A program made the position numbers and the translations under genes. From contig NC_057751.1 of the NCBI RefSeq assembly GCF_004010195.1, positions 18,259,325 through 18,323,324 on the forward strand: a stretch of DNA of 64,000 nucleotides, in the 5' to 3' direction. Below the pieces are notes generated by a model. The model did no database searches. It was given only the letters and a program-made list of their open reading frames with translations, and was not told the origin of the DNA. The DNA comes from Chiloscyllium plagiosum (lineage: Eukaryota). This document shows, piece after piece, positions 27,200-41,214 of this stretch. Numbering within the stretch: position 1 is the stretch's first letter; each line of letters starts with the position of its first letter.

Positions 27200-30100
27200 A
27201 TAATATTGCAGCACGAATGCAAGGTTAACTCAGTAACATGAAACAACGGGTACTAGTCAATTGCTGCAATTGCTAGTGGTGTTCTACAGTATTCTGTGCT
27301 GGATTCCTTGCCGCTTGTTTTGAGCATTAAAACATTGGATTTAAATTTGGACTTGGGGACACAATTGCAAAATATGCTGATGACAAGAAGAAATCTAGCA
27401 GTACAGTGAATGGTATAGAGAACCGTTTTGCGTTCATTTTAGATGGGTTAGTGGAGTGGGCAGGAAAGTTTCATATGGAGTTTAACTTTAATACGTGAGA
27501 GTTAATCAATGTAGGCAAATCTATCAGCGAAAAAGAATGAACAATAGATGAGAATGTAGTGAGATAGGTAAATGAAGTGAGCTATCTTATTGTGCAAGCG
27601 CACAGGTCCCGAAAGGTCGTGGTGCAGATAGGTAACGTTGTGAAGAAAGCATATGGAATGTTCTCCTTCATTGACACAAGTATAGATTACAAAACAAGAG
27701 ACATATGTTTCGCTGAAGTAAGTGATGGTAGGATGAAGAAGGGATGTGGAACATCGAGAGAAGAGGAACAAAGTAGCTTAATTAGTTTGGCAAGGCAAGG
27801 ATCAGGCAGGGCTCAGAAAGGTTACAGGGTAGCCAGAAAGAAGTTAAAGAACGCAATTTGGAGAGCGAGAAGGGGGAATTAAAAAACTATACGGGTAGGA
27901 TTCAGAAAAACCTTAAGATATTGTACACTTATCTGAGGAAAGAGAGGATGGTCAGAGCGAGTGCAGTGTCTATTAGTGATAGTGAAGGGAACACGTCCTT
28001 GGAGTCGGAGGAGGTAGAGGATGACCCTCATGAATAATTTGCTTCAGTATTCATGACTGAGTGGGTACTTGACGTTTGAGAGGACAGTGTGAAACAGGCT
28101 GATATGCTCGAACAGGTTGATGTTAAGAAGGAGAATTTGCTGTAAGTTTCCTGTAGATAAGTTCACCGGCCCAGTTGGAATATAGCCAAGGTTATTTGAG
28201 GAAGCGAGGCAAGAATTTGCTGCGCCTTTGGCGATGATCTTTGCATCCTCACTGCACAACAGATTGGCGCCAGGTGAGTGGAGTGTGTCAAATACTATTT
28301 CTTTCTTCAGGAAAGTAAATATGGATAATTCTGGGAATTAGAGACGTGTCCATCTTACGTTTGTAGTGGGCAAATTATTGGAGAGGTTTCTGAAGTATGC
28401 GATTTATGATGACTTGCAAAACCATAGATTCATTCGAGATACTCAGAATTGCTTTGTGAGAAGTAGTAAATGCCTTACAAGGTTTATTTAATTAGTTGAG
28501 GATGTGACAAACCACATTAATGAAGATAGAGCAGTGGATGTGCTGCACCTCGATTTTTGAAAGGCGTTTAATGAAGTTTCCCATGGACGGCTTATTCAGA
28601 AATTAAGGAGTTATGTGTTACATGGAAATAGATTAGATACAGAACTGGCTTGCCCAGAGAAGAGAGATGGTGTTAGTGAATGAATTGTATTCAGCCTAGA
28701 GCTCGGTGACCATTAGTTTTGCTCAGTGATGTGTTCTGGAGTCTCTACTCTTCGTGAATTTTATAAAAGCTTTGGATGAGAGCGTGGAAGGGTGTGTTAG
28801 TAATTATGCCAGTGACACGAAGGTTGGTGAGTGGTGGAAAGTGTAGAGCGCTGTTGTAGGGCGCAATGGCACATTGACAGTATGCAGAACTGTGCTGATA
28901 AGTAACAGTTGGAGGTCAACCTGGAGAAGATTGAAGTAAATAATTATGTAGGTTGAATTTGAATCCAGATTACAGGATCATCAGCAGGATTGTTGGCACT
29001 GTGGATGTTTACAGGGATCCTGTGTTCCATGCCAATTGATCCCACAAAATTCTCTCCCAATTTATTTGAGTTGTTAAGAAGGCGTACAGTGAGTGGCATT
29101 TCCGTGATGGAGAATAGTGTTTCAGATCCACGAGGTTTGACTGTAGCTCGATAGAGTCCTGGTTCGATCACACATGGACTATTGTGTTCAGTTCTGAAAG
29201 CTACATTATAGGAAGGATATGGAAGCTTTAGAGAGAGCGCAGAGAATATTTACTAGGGTGCTACCTGTGGGGGAGGGCATGCCTTATGAGGAAAGCTTGA
29301 GGGAGCAAGGGTGTTTCTCAATGGAGCGAAGAAGGATGAGAAGTGACTTTACAGCTGTGTACAAGATAATGAGACACATGGATTCATTGAATAGTCAGAG
29401 ACATTTTCCCAGGGTTGAAATGACTTTCATAAGGGTGACATAATTTTATGGTGAAAGAAGACAAGTTCAATGGAGAGGTCAATGTGGGCTGTGTATGCAG
29501 TGGATCGTGGGTGCGTGGAATGAATTGCCAGCGATGTTGGTAGAGTCATATTCATTGAGGGACATTCAAATGATTCTTCAATAAGCGGTTAGTTTTATCT
29601 TAGAGTAGGATACAAAAAAAAGTAGGCACAATATCGAGGGCCCCGGGGTCTGTACTCTGCTGTACTGTTCTACCTTTAGTTTTATGTTAACTGATGAGAC
29701 AATGTGTGGACTATCGTGCGCAGTTCCAGTAATCATATCATTGGAAGGACGTAACTGCAGCGGAGAGTGCAGATATGATTGACAGGACTTGTGTCAGAAC
29801 TGGAGAATTGTAGCCACCAGGAAAGATTCGCCAGGTTGCGGCTGTTAACTTTAGAGCAGAGAATGCTGACACACGACATGACTGATATATACAAAATTCG
29901 GAGATGTAGAAATTGAGTGAACAGGGTGAATATGTTTCCTTGGCAAAGAGTTGAAAAACTAGGGGAACACACTCATTCTAGTGAGTGAAGAATCAGAGGG
30001 GATGTCAGAAAAAGGTTTTGACGCACAGCGTGATGAGTATCTGAAATTCACTGACTTAATTCTTGATGAAGGCAGGAAAGATTAAACCTTTTAAAAATGA

Positions 30101-30230
30101 CTTCGATCTGCTCCACAAGACCTGCAAACTATGGGGCTATGGGGAGGAATGTGGGACTGGAAATGATTGGCATGGACAAGCTCGGTAAAATAGCCCCCTT
30201 TTGTGTTGCATATTTTCAGACGTTCTATGA
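27200..30230 (+). mobile_element. Nested CR1s: element ~27720-29690 inserted in another CR1 (~27200-27720 and ~29690-30230)
   Basis: VVKKAYGMFSFI..DYK breaks at ~27710 and resumes at ~29690; the insert has KKLKNAIWRARR, RT motifs, MEALERAQRIFTR and a ttctac/ttttatg tail. Confidence 0.8.
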
Positions 30231-31199
30231 TTATCCTTGGGAAGGTGGTTTTGAGCTTACTTCTTATTTTTCTGGAGTCTATGTTTTGCAAGCAGCTTTG
30301 CAATATCACGAGCGAGAAAATCTCCAGTGTTTTGTCCCAACAACACGGAGGACACGGTTAATTAATTGCAGGGGATGGTGAATGGCTTGTGAGCGACGTG
30401 CAGTTTGTGGTGAACATGTCGCTCTAGATGGACGTGGTCACCTGTTTGGAATATGTTATGGATTGTACATGGTGTACACTGCTGCTACTGAGCGTAGGTC
30501 ATGGAGGAGGTGGACGTTTCTGCATATGATGGCAATGATGCAAGCAGATTTGTGTTGTATATTTTCGATCATCTTGAGTGTTAGGAGAGCTGTCCTCATT
30601 CAGGCAAGTATGGAGTATTCCATCAGATGCATGGATTGTGCCTTGGAGATGGCAGGTTCCCTCGCTGAGCCACTCACCATCCTGACTTGGAATGATATCG
30701 CCATTTCTTCAGTGCACCGCGTCAAAGTACTTGAACTTCCTCCCTAACAGCATTGTGGTGCTACCTACAAGGAATACAGAGCCCTCGAAATCAGCTCATC
30801 TCCTACTTCTCCAGTGACAATCAGGAACAGGCAGTAAATACTGGTCCAACCAGTGACAAACAAGAACCATGAGTGAAATTTAAAAAAAAAAGGATTGTGG
30901 ATAGGCTTTGGGACTCAGGAATCAGTTACTCACTTCGGAATTCGCAGCCACTCAATTTGACGCCTCACTATTTAGATGGCACATCCAATTCAATTTCTGG
31001 TCAATGATTAAAACCCAGGATGTCAATGGTGTGGAATGCTGAGATGGGAGTTCCATTTAATATAATGGGAGTAATGGCTTTATTTTGACTCAATTGTAAA
31101 CTCCAGATGGGTGATAGTCTGATGATTCATTCATGGTAATGAATGGTTAGACAATGGTAAGATGTTGTACAGGAGGTAATCATTACTTGGCCTATTTCG

Positions 31200-33560
31200 A
31201 ATTTAGCTCAACTGGGAGATCAAATTGTGTCGCAGTAGTGGGAGGCATTGCAAAAGGAACTGGCAAGAGTGCAGGGCAAATTGTTTCCCATAAACACTTG
31301 GAGAACTTGAGCATAACTTTTAAAGGTTTCTTCAGGCAGGAGTACACCTGAAAAGCGGGAAAAAATGCGCATTCCTTCGAAAAATAAAGTGAGGTTGTTT
31401 AAACCAGCCTCCGCTCTCATGTCTCCACCAGAGCAAAGGTATTTCCTTGAGTTGGTGAATTATTACAAAATGTTCACAAGTAAACTAGCCTCCATCTCTG
31501 CACCCGAACAGCGGCTATTGGTAAAAGGGTTAGCCTTGAAAATGACGTCAAACCAATATGTAGCCTTTAAGGAACTGATAATGCAATTATCATCACTCAA
31601 GATGCTGGCCCACTGCAATCCCAAACGCGATGTGGTGCTGACATATGATGACACCTAATACAGTATCACGATTTGTTGTTTCCTTGGAGGCCCAAACCTT
31701 AGAATCGCCTGAGAGCCTATGCTTCCCAAAAGTTTTAGCCGATGTCCAAAACAGATCATCCCAAAGAGAGAAGCAAGTCTTGATTGTCATGTTTGTGCGT
31801 GAAAGTTCCGGAGAAAAACCTTTTAGGATGTGAATTAGCATTAGAAATCGACCACAAGCTCCTACGGTAATAACTAAGGAACAAGGCGATATATACCCAT
31901 AGCTTCTTTTCGAAATAAGCAGGGCCCCTTTCTCTCAGATTGTAAAATTGCATTCGGTGCATTCGAGTAGCCAAGTAGCAGATGGGGATTTCTCTCTTGC
32001 CCCACGCTGACAGATACACCAACCGTGGTGCATCCCGTGGAAGAGTCCATTCTGGTTTTCATCTTTCTGGTCATCGTTTCCATCACTTCTGACAAAGCCC
32101 ACTTTTGCAAACAAAAATGATCTTTACTGGCAAAACTTGAACAGTTTCTGATTATGATTGGCGAAAGTAAAGCGCCATCACAACCAGAACTAATCTCTTT
32201 CTCGACCTAGCGGGATGAGATTACTGTAGACGATGGCATAATGTTATGGGGTAGAAGAGTGATTGCCCTGACAATTATCGTCACCAGTTACTGGCTGAAA
32301 TCTACAAGGATAATCGCGAGAAGGCTATTCCAAAATGAAAATATTGGCAAAAGTTCTTTTTTGGTAGCCATAATTGGATGCTGACATAGCAGAATTGGTG
32401 GGAGGACCAACACGGAAGTAAACTACCGCGAGCAGATCTCCCAAATACGTGCAAATGGCTGGATAATCGCTGGACTCGGTTGCAGTTCAACTATATTGGT
32501 CCTTCCATGAGCTCAATATTCTTGGTCAATGTAGATTACCTTCGATATGATTGAATGTGCACAGAATTCAGTCGCAAAACTCGGGGATGACAATAACAAT
32601 ACATGGACTCCAGGAAGTATTGGGCACGGGCAGCGGCACGTCGTTTACCAGTAGTGATTTCGAGTTTTGCAGAAAGTCAAATGCCGTTTGGTATGTCTGC
32701 ATAGATTCATTCAAAGCCTTGTACAATGGTTCGGTTGAAACGGCAGTTCTAAGGTTGAATGAAAGCTTAAAAAGCAGCATACAGTCTCACTCGATACTAA
32801 ATGGCTCAAGTTTCTGTTTGATTACAAAAGTTCTATCAGAGTTGCTGATGGGGGTGAACCCTCTGCACTAGGTCAAATCCGATATTCCTGCACCTGGGGG
32901 GAAGGGTGAAAACGCATCAGGAGCGCCAATGTCATCTACTGACGCCTGTATGCGAGAGACAGCTTTCTTCAGGTGATGACGTTTCGTATTCAAAACACTA
33001 AAATGATTATCTGTGGTCAATGGTAAAGTCAATGCAAAGTCATGTCCCGTGACAATCTTGTCTATCACATGAAAGAAGTTACTTCCAAAAACCAGGCAGG
33101 AGGAAAACATCGAGGAGAAAGTGAGGACTGCAGATGCTGGAGATCAGAGCTGAAAATGTGTTGCTGGANNNNNNNNNNNNNNNNNNNNNNNNNNGGGCTT
33201 ATGCCCGAAACGTCGATTCTCCTGTTCCTTGGATGCTGTCTGACCTGCTGCGTTTTTCCAGCAACACATTTTCAGCAGGAGAAAAACATACCTCGTCCGT
33301 TCAGTACAGCCGTAAGTGGCGTCAAACACCGTGGTTTCTCCTTCTCCAGCTCATGAGAAAGAAACCTCCTCATCTGCGGTGGATGCATGTCACAGCATCC
33401 ATACGTGTTGCATCTAAGGCTGAGGAGGAACGTCTATTCAGACGCTCCAGGTACAAGAGACAGTTTATAGACCGATAAAATGCTCCCTGTGCTCAATTCC
33501 AAACTGAAGTAATCGGATCTCGTACAAAAGCTCAAGAAAAATGAACAGGTTTTTACACTC
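31200..33560 (+). mobile_element. Ty3/Gypsy LTR retrotransposon pol remnant (RT end, RNase H, integrase), multiply frameshifted
   Basis: FLELVNYYKMF..LASISAP..LL, LAHCNPKRDVVLT, SSQREKQVL, DHKLL, WGRRVI, WTRLQFNYIGP, GLQEVL, GTSFTS, NGSVETAV. Confidence 0.85.
33111..33274. mobile_element. PLE-derived fold-back insert within the Gypsy remnant (26-N gap at centre)
   Basis: Arms gctgaaaatgtgttgctgga / tccagcaacacattttcagc; gggcttatgcccgaaacgtc; flanks GCAGGAGGAAAACAT / GCAGGAGAAAAACAT. Confidence 0.8.
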
Positions 33561-33585
33561 GAACTTGGAGATGGGTTCGGGAGAT

Positions 33586-33917
33586 TGACGATGGTGATTA
33601 GAAAGTGGTGAGCCATTGATTCCCATTGTGTGTAAGTTCAAATTTTGGGTGATGTTAAGCTGGGCCGATGAAATATAAGTAGGAGAAAGTGAGTACTGCG
33701 GATGCTGGAGATCAGGAAAAATCCTGATGAATGGCTAATGCCCAAAACGTCGATTCTCCTGTCCCTCAAACGCTGCGTTTGGTATAAGTAGATGCCTCAC
33801 GGATTGTCCTCATACTCGTGACTGGCTCTGAGCGGGCTGTGTACTGTCAACATATTTTGCACATGCAAAAGAAAACGTGACTTGGTGACGGTTTACTGGC
33901 TAGCATGGAGTTATTTC
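33586..33917 (+). mobile_element. Probable 3' LTR of the Gypsy element, interrupted by a PLE mini-insert at 33683-33782
   Basis: Follows pol and a purine-rich tract; ends gtgacttggtgacgg..gagttatttca; boundaries approximate. Confidence 0.45.
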
Positions 33918-35639
33918 ACGACTCGAAAAGGGTTTCAATGTGTTCAAGCAGAGTTTAGTAAGTATGGAAAACATTGCCTGGAAATGTGATGTGGGCAGTT
34001 TCATTTGAGACATTCAAGAGGATGTTAAAGAGTTCTGTGGTTAGAAATGGTGCCCAGAGATATGCGACAATGTCAGGAGATTTGGGATGATGAAGCAGAA
34101 CCAGGGTACACGCACGATATGCCTTCTGCATTGTAATAACGTTTTTTTTTCTCTGTGAAATGAGAATGGCATGGTTAGAAATATCGCAGTTCTGTGTTTG
34201 CCATGGATATGGGCCTTAAAATTATGGAAGATTTATTAACAACAATAAACTTCCAACCCAGGCCTGAATAAGTTGAACCTGCCCGAAATCTTAACAAAGC
34301 AATTGTGCGACCATGTTTTGTGGAAGCCTCGTCTTCAAGTATAAGAAAGGTTATTTTTGACGAGAAGTTCAATTTCACAAGAATTAGCAGGAATAATGGG
34401 ATATAGTCAGCATTATCAATGAGATAATTTATTGGTTATCAAGCATTTTATTTTGAGGAAGATTTCTACTGCGGAGGGAGGTAAATTTCTTAATGATGAT
34501 GACGAACACATATCATTAGGATTGTGCAGTTCTGTGGGGTTATGATGGAAATTAGATTAACCACGATCATATTGAATTCTGGAGCGGGCTTTCGGGTTAC
34601 AGGGAGCTCCTTGTGTTTATTTTTGTGTAGTTGTGAAACCATTTGAAAGCATTACTGCATAGAGTTAAATGTTTTTGTTTTAAATGGTATAATGTTGATT
34701 GATATTCATTTATGTAAATTCATTCACAGCCCACTGTGAATATGATCGTTGATTCATCATTGCAGAAACAAAACTGCAAACGAGAAATATGAGGCCTATC
34801 ATGTTCGCAACTGTTTTACTGACAATGACTTCCCTTAAGGAGTGGGCAGGTTTCTTTCAGAGAGACAAGCAAATGAATTAATTGTAGGAGATAGTAGGGG
34901 TTGAATAGGCCTGTCAAAGTAGTAGTTCAGTTCAGGGGTCTTCGAAAGAGTCAGGACAGAAGTCCTCTCGCCTCACCACTCCACCCCATCCGCCTCTAAC
35001 ATCTCTCTCCTTGTGATAATCTCTCATTGTAAGTATTGTCTGCTTCTGAATACGTATCTGGTAAATGGTTTTTCATAGCAATGCAACTATGATCAAGCTC
35101 AAGACAGACATTGAAGAAATTGACACATTTCCTGCTGCATTCAATCAGGGACAGGAATAATACCTAATAATTGAAGTAGTTTCACTTAAATGTGTTTAAT
35201 GCCAAATTATGACAGCAATTTTCCATGCACAGCATACCGTTCATTCGAAGAGAGACGAGACAGAGAGACAGAAGAACAGAAACAGAGGCGAAAAATCTCG
35301 TTAAGAAATATCTTCATATCCACTGTTTGTTTTGCACTGGTCGGTGTTGACTACCAGGTGGCCTGAATGGTCACCGAGCATGCTGTGAAAGTCGATGAAA
35401 TTCTGAGTAGAACCTGTCATGTCTTTTGATGCAAATAAGGGTCTACGTTGTTAAGTTGTGATTCCAAACTTCGAGGATTCAGTGATTAATGTCAGAGTAT
35501 ATGGTTACTAATTGTGCCCTTGGAGGGTTTTCTTCTTATATTAATTAGGGAATATTTCCAAAGTGTTATGCCATAGATTCAGTTGGAAACCACACCTCTG
35601 ACACAAACAGTGTTCAGCACCTTACGAGAGCGGGAGCGG

Positions 35640-35803
35640 AAAGATCCAAATCTGAGAACAAGATATTGGAATGTTCTAAAAGTGGATCAGAATCTGTGAA
35701 CAAGAGATTGAAATGTTACAACAATGGCTAGGGATTTATCCGATATCTTCACTTTCATTATCTATTCAGTATATTTCCTATCTCATCCTGGCTTGCACGC
35801 CTG
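35640..35803 (+). pseudogene. Degenerate orphan GPCR exon 1 with 21-bp repeats
   Basis: aatgttacaacaatggctagggat resembles aatggtacaacaatgggaagggg (10584); IQYISYLILACTP resembles TQFIYYPILAFFAVP; donor CCTG|GTAGGT; stops in the repeat frame. Confidence 0.7.
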
Positions 35804-37369
35804 GTAGGTCTCCCAGTCTAAGAATCTTGTCTAACAGTAAGATTGATCTGGCTATTCATTCAGTCAATATCTGTACTGGTGCTGTTCTTACTGAGCATCG
35901 TTGAGATATAAATTTCTACTTTTGAGCGTCAGATTGAACCCATTATAAGATCGTGGGAGGTCTTTACCTCATCCTCAGCTGGTTAGAGAGCAAGTAGCTC
36001 AAGCAACAAATAACGCAAGAATAAAAGTATTTTCCAGCCCGCCTTTCACCTGAAATGCATCCTCAATACTTTCCAATTATCCCATCGAATTGTTGCATTT
36101 CAACATTAATTAACACTAACCCTCATCCCCCAACCCCTGCCACAATTTTAAATGTTTGTAAAGTATTCTACAGATTATGTGTCTGTGTTCTGTTCACAGA
36201 AACTTATAATAAGAGGTGCTTTCTGTTAACCTATCCTCCATTTTGAAAGGTGGCCAACTCTTCAGCCTCTGCTGCTGCAAGGCCAAACAAGTCCAGTCTA
36301 CGAAATCTCTCTTCAATTCAAAACCTCTCCATTCCAGTCAGTTTCCTGATAAATCTCTTCTGCACTCTCTCCGGTCAAGTGCATCGTCCTGCAATGTGTT
36401 TACAGACAATGCCCGAGATGTGGTCTAACCAAACATTCATATAGATGCATAAAAACTGCTTTATGAGATCCAACAAGACTGTTCATTGCAGCAGGGGAGT
36501 CCAGTTATCTAAGTTTATCCAAACTATGTAGAGATGAATACATGGCTTTAATGATCAGCAATAATCGCATATTAAATCTCGGTCGCTCTGCCGAGAAACA
36601 AGAAAGCTGTTTGGACAGGAGGGTGTCGAATTAAATTGGAGGTTAGGTTTCACTGAATGGGACATGATATGAACACAGTGATCTATTTTGAGCACACCCG
36701 TATCCTTGTTGTATTCTTACTGAAAATCCTATTCAATCAAACCTCATCAACACTCCCATTCCGTTCACACGTCGCAATGTCCACCGTCACTGTCCACATC
36801 GTATCCTTAAATCTCATCAACCTTTCCAGTCTCCACATCCATCATTACTCTCCTCTCCCTCTGCACCATCTCCCATAGCCCATGGTCCAGTCTCGTTGCA
36901 TCTTTTTACGCCCTCCTTCTGCTCGATCATCTCTCACACAAAATGGGCCATTTACTTTCCATCATCACTCTCCCCTCTCACGCCGCCATCTCTCACAAAA
37001 TATGGGGCAATCTTCCCGTCTGTTATCAATCTTCCCTCCTGCTCCACCATTCCTCAGACACGGTAAGCTGTTGACCATGTACATCATGCTTCTCCCTTGC
37101 CCCTTCACCATCTCTCATGCTCAATGGGCCGGTCTTCCAGTCTATTGTCACTCTCCCCACTTACTGCACTATCCTTCAGACCCCAAGGGACAGTAACCAT
37201 GGCCAGCATCACTTTTTCGAACATGACCCTTAGCACTACCATCCTATCGATTAGTCGCTCTGTCCCTCATTGTTGTCCCTCACATTCTACCATGCATAAC
37301 CTCCCATTGGCCAGACAACTGATTTGTCATTGCCCATCATCTCTCTTCTCACCCACAAACACTGCAGAA

Positions 37370-37770
37370 GGTGGTATCATTAGAACAGATGTGATGTATG
37401 CAGAAAAGCTTGAATAAGGAAAGGAGTCTGTTCGAAGAAGTAGGGTCCGTGGATATATATTCTCGGGAACTGTGTGATTTTATGGATTTCTTCATATCTT
37501 GGAGGCCAGGCAAGCTCCAGAAATTAAAACGGTGATGTCGAGGAAGGGACGAGAGGAGTAAGAAATGGACCAGGTCAATGTGATGGTAGTGTGAAAAGTA
37601 GAAGGAGAATTGATATACTTTCCATTTCCAGATCAGCCAAGCAGCAGGACCGTTGATGTCATCGATACACTAGAGAAATATTTGCGCTTGGGGCCCCAAG
37701 TCGGACGGGAATCACAAAGCTTTCTCGTGTTCCACAACAGACAGTCATAACTGGGGCACAGACAGTGTCA
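37370..37770 (-). mobile_element. Penelope-like RT fragment
   Basis: Minus strand reads ..cccagttatgactgtctg.. and tgtatcgatgacatc (degenerate YIDDI), then cccttcctcgacatc (PFLDI). Confidence 0.6.
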
Positions 37771-37774
37771 TATA

Positions 37775-39970
37775 TAGATTTAACGAGATGTAAAGCAAGG
37801 AAACCGACTCTTCAGTTCAACTTGTCCATGCGACAAGATATCCTCAACTCATCTCGCGCCTTTTGCCAGCACTTGGTCCACATCCCTCTTAAACCTTTCT
37901 ATTCATACACCCATATCGATGATTTTTAAATGTTGTAACTGTACCAGCCTCTACAATTCCCTCTGGCAGCTCATTCCATACACGCACAACCATCTGTGTG
38001 AAAAGGTTGCCCCTCATGTCCTTTTTAAAGTTCTCCCATCTCACCCTGAATTTATTTTTCATTAACATTTGACCTCCCAAAGTATTCACCTCACACTTAC
38101 TCAAAAGAAACGCCATCTTCTGTCTCCCTGTCCGTACATGCCACTGCTCTATATTTAGCTGTAGCCTTTCATAACATTCTACAATACCGCCAACTTCAGA
38201 AATCTTTGTATTGTCTGTCAACTTAGCAGCTCAGCCATCTGCCTTTTTCATCTAAATCATTGATATGCATCACAAGCAGCAGAGGTCACAATCGGGATCC
38301 CGGGAGAACACCACTATTCACGGATCTCAAGTCAGAAAAACAACATACTTCCACCACTTCATTCTATCTTCTAGGGGCAAGCTAATCCTAAATTCACATG
38401 TCCAAGTCGCAGTGGACGCCATACATCTTAATCTTTTGGATGATCCTAATACGAGTAACCCTGTTGAAAGCCTTAATAAAAGGCATGTTTTCAACATTCA
38501 CCCTCATCAATCACCTTTGTCACGTTCACAAAAAAATCCATCAATGCATGAGCTGTCCTTCACAAAGCCATGGTACTGTCCCTAATTAGGTCTTGCTTCT
38601 CCAAATGCACATAAATTCTGTTTCTAAAAATTCTCTATAATAGCTTCCTATGCACGAATATAAGAACAACTTGTCTCCCTATTTCTGGGATTATTCCTAT
38701 TTCTCTTCTTGAACAGTGGAACAGCTTTTGCTGCTCGCCAGTCGTCCAAACTTTTCCTAGTGGCTAGTGATAATACAAACATATTAATCAAGTCACCAGC
38801 AATCGCCTCACTTGCTTCTCTGAATTATTTGGCTTAGATACCATCGTGCACTGGGAACTAATGCACCAGAATATTTTTCTACAATATGAACTCCACTTCT
38901 GTCTTCATCCCTGAATGCCTTGGCATATTAGCATTCTTCACACAAATCTCATTATTTTCCGTATCTTTCACCTGGTTCCAGTACTCACTTAGGGCTTCTG
39001 TCACATTGCTACCGCCAAACACACGTTCCCTCCTATACTCTTGACCTTTTTATTCACAGAGATCCTGTTATTTTAAATGTACATATAGAATGCTTTGACG
39101 TTCCCTTGCTAAGATCGTTTCATGGCTACTTCTTACTTTCCTAATTCCCAGCTTGAGTTTTTTCCTGATTTCTTTATATTCCTGACAGGATCTATCAGAT
39201 TTTAGCATCCAAAATCTTATATGAGCTTCTTTTCCCTATTGACTAAATTCACAACCTCCCTCTTTATCAAAGGGTGTCTTACCAGTCCAATATTTTCTTT
39301 CCTCTTTCCTGGAAAGTTCTGCTCCTGAACTCTGATCAGCAGGTCCCACATGTCAAATATGGACTTGCCCGCTAACAGCTCTTCCTTAATAACACTCACT
39401 CGCTCCTGTCTAGTACTGATATAATTTTCCTTCCGCAAATTTTGGCCCATACTGCTAGGTCCTGAATTATCCTTCTTTCTCGCTTTCTTAAAACTTGAGG
39501 CGTTGTGATGATTACTTCAAAAATAGTCTCTCAGTCTGATAGGTCAGTAACTTTGCCAGGAGTATTAGCCAATATAGGATCCCGTATGGCCTGTCTTCTC
39601 CTTGCATGTGCATACTGTTTTACGAGAACCTTTTGGCTGCACTTCAATTTTCTAAGGGAGTCCTAGTCAATATTGGAGAAGTTAATATCTCACACTGTGA
39701 CAGCCCTCCAATTATTGTATCTTTTCATCATCTGCCTTCAAAGTTGTTCATCGAAATCTCCGTGGCTATTGAGTGATAATCAGCATAATCGTATCAGATT
39801 GATTTCACCCACTCTATTTCTGAGATCTTCGCATATCACCTCAGTGGTCGAGTCCTCCAGCATGTCCTCTCTGAGTGAAAATGCAAAATTCTCACTGATT
39901 ATTAATGTAACATTTCTGCTTCTTTGACCATTTTGCCTGTCTTGTCTACCAAAAAGAACCCTGCAATATT
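37775..39970 (-). mobile_element. CR1 ORF2 (endonuclease to RT) joined to a CR1 3' end
   Basis: MRGNLFTQMVVRVWNELP, TDNTKI, EVICEDLRNRVG on minus strand. Confidence 0.8.
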
Positions 39971-40956
39971 GAGCAGCCAGTTTTCTTAGCATTTGGAATG
40001 CACTACCTAGGAGAGTGGTGGTTGCAGACTCCATGAGGAATTTTATATGAGAGCTGGATGTACACTTCAAAGCGATGACTTTCCAGGGCCACAGATATAG
40101 AGTTGGAGAATGGGACTAACTGGTCATTTCATTGGGAGACAATACAGACATAATTGATCGTTCGCTCTCCTTCTGTACTTCAACATTTTTTGAGTCGATG
40201 AATGCGTGTAGCTTCCCTGCCTTTTCTCGCTGTCTGTCACTTTGTATCCTCAGCCACAGATACGAGGCTGATGTTGCTACTGTCATGCTGTTCGACTCAG
40301 AAAAAAAAACACAAGCCAAGGAGCTGGTCACAGTTATTCACAACCTCCAGTCGAGTGAAGGGAATCATATACTTCAGTCACAGTTTCCTGACAAGCGAAG
40401 TCAGGGTTAAACTTTCATATCCGTCCAGTCCTGTTCAGGACAGCCAAAGTCAGGAAGATCCCCGGTAAGGGGTGAGCAACATAAAGCCACCCAGTATACC
40501 ACCCGTCCTAACACTTCCTTCCCGTCTGTGGTTTGCTTTCCTCCTTGAAGTGGAGCTTAACCACTATTGCACATGATTTAAAATGAAAGGTCCAGCCCTT
40601 ACATGTGACTTAGGCGGATTGGTTTCACATATGATCGAGTGATCCGTACAGATGTCATAGAGAGTTAGTGGGTGAGTGGGGTTGATAATTTCTACATTGG
40701 AAGCGTTTTAGTCCCTGGTCTTGGAGGCCGGTGGGTATAGAAGTAGATAGACACTGAGTGTAAGACATTAGAAAGTTGGTGCTTACGTTATTAAAGCGAG
40801 AAGGATCATTTGTCATTTTTTTCACATTGCTGATCCATCTATCTGAGACTCCTTTGAAATAGGTGTCACAGAACTATTTTTGCAGTGGTATCCTCTGTAG
40901 CTGATCTTAACAAGAAAACCTAACTGTACATCACTTATGAAACAAAAGCTCCAGGA

Positions 40957-41205
40957 TCAGATTACATTACCTACAGTGTGGAAACATGCCCTTCGGCCCA
41001 AGAAGTCCACGCTGACGCCACCCAGACCCATTTCACTCTGACTAATGCAGCTGGCACTATGTCTTTAGACTGTGGGAGGAAACCAGAGCAAACCCACACG
41101 GACACAGGGAGAATGCGTAAACTCCACACACACAAGCACCAAAGTTTGGAATCGAACCTGGGACCGTGAGGCAGCAGTGCTAACCACTGAGCCACCGTGC
41201 CACCC
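40957..41205 (-). mobile_element. HE1-type SINE
   Basis: gaggcagcagtgctaaccactgagccaccgtgcc = reverse complement of head; tail tacagtgtggaaacatgcccttcggccc. Confidence 0.85.
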
Positions 41206-41214
41206 CTGCATTCA

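Noticed and set aside
36657..37370. C/T-rich stretch with several short His/Pro/Ser-rich ORFs
   Set aside because: Compositional bias explains the ORFs; no recognisable domain; probably an old repeat
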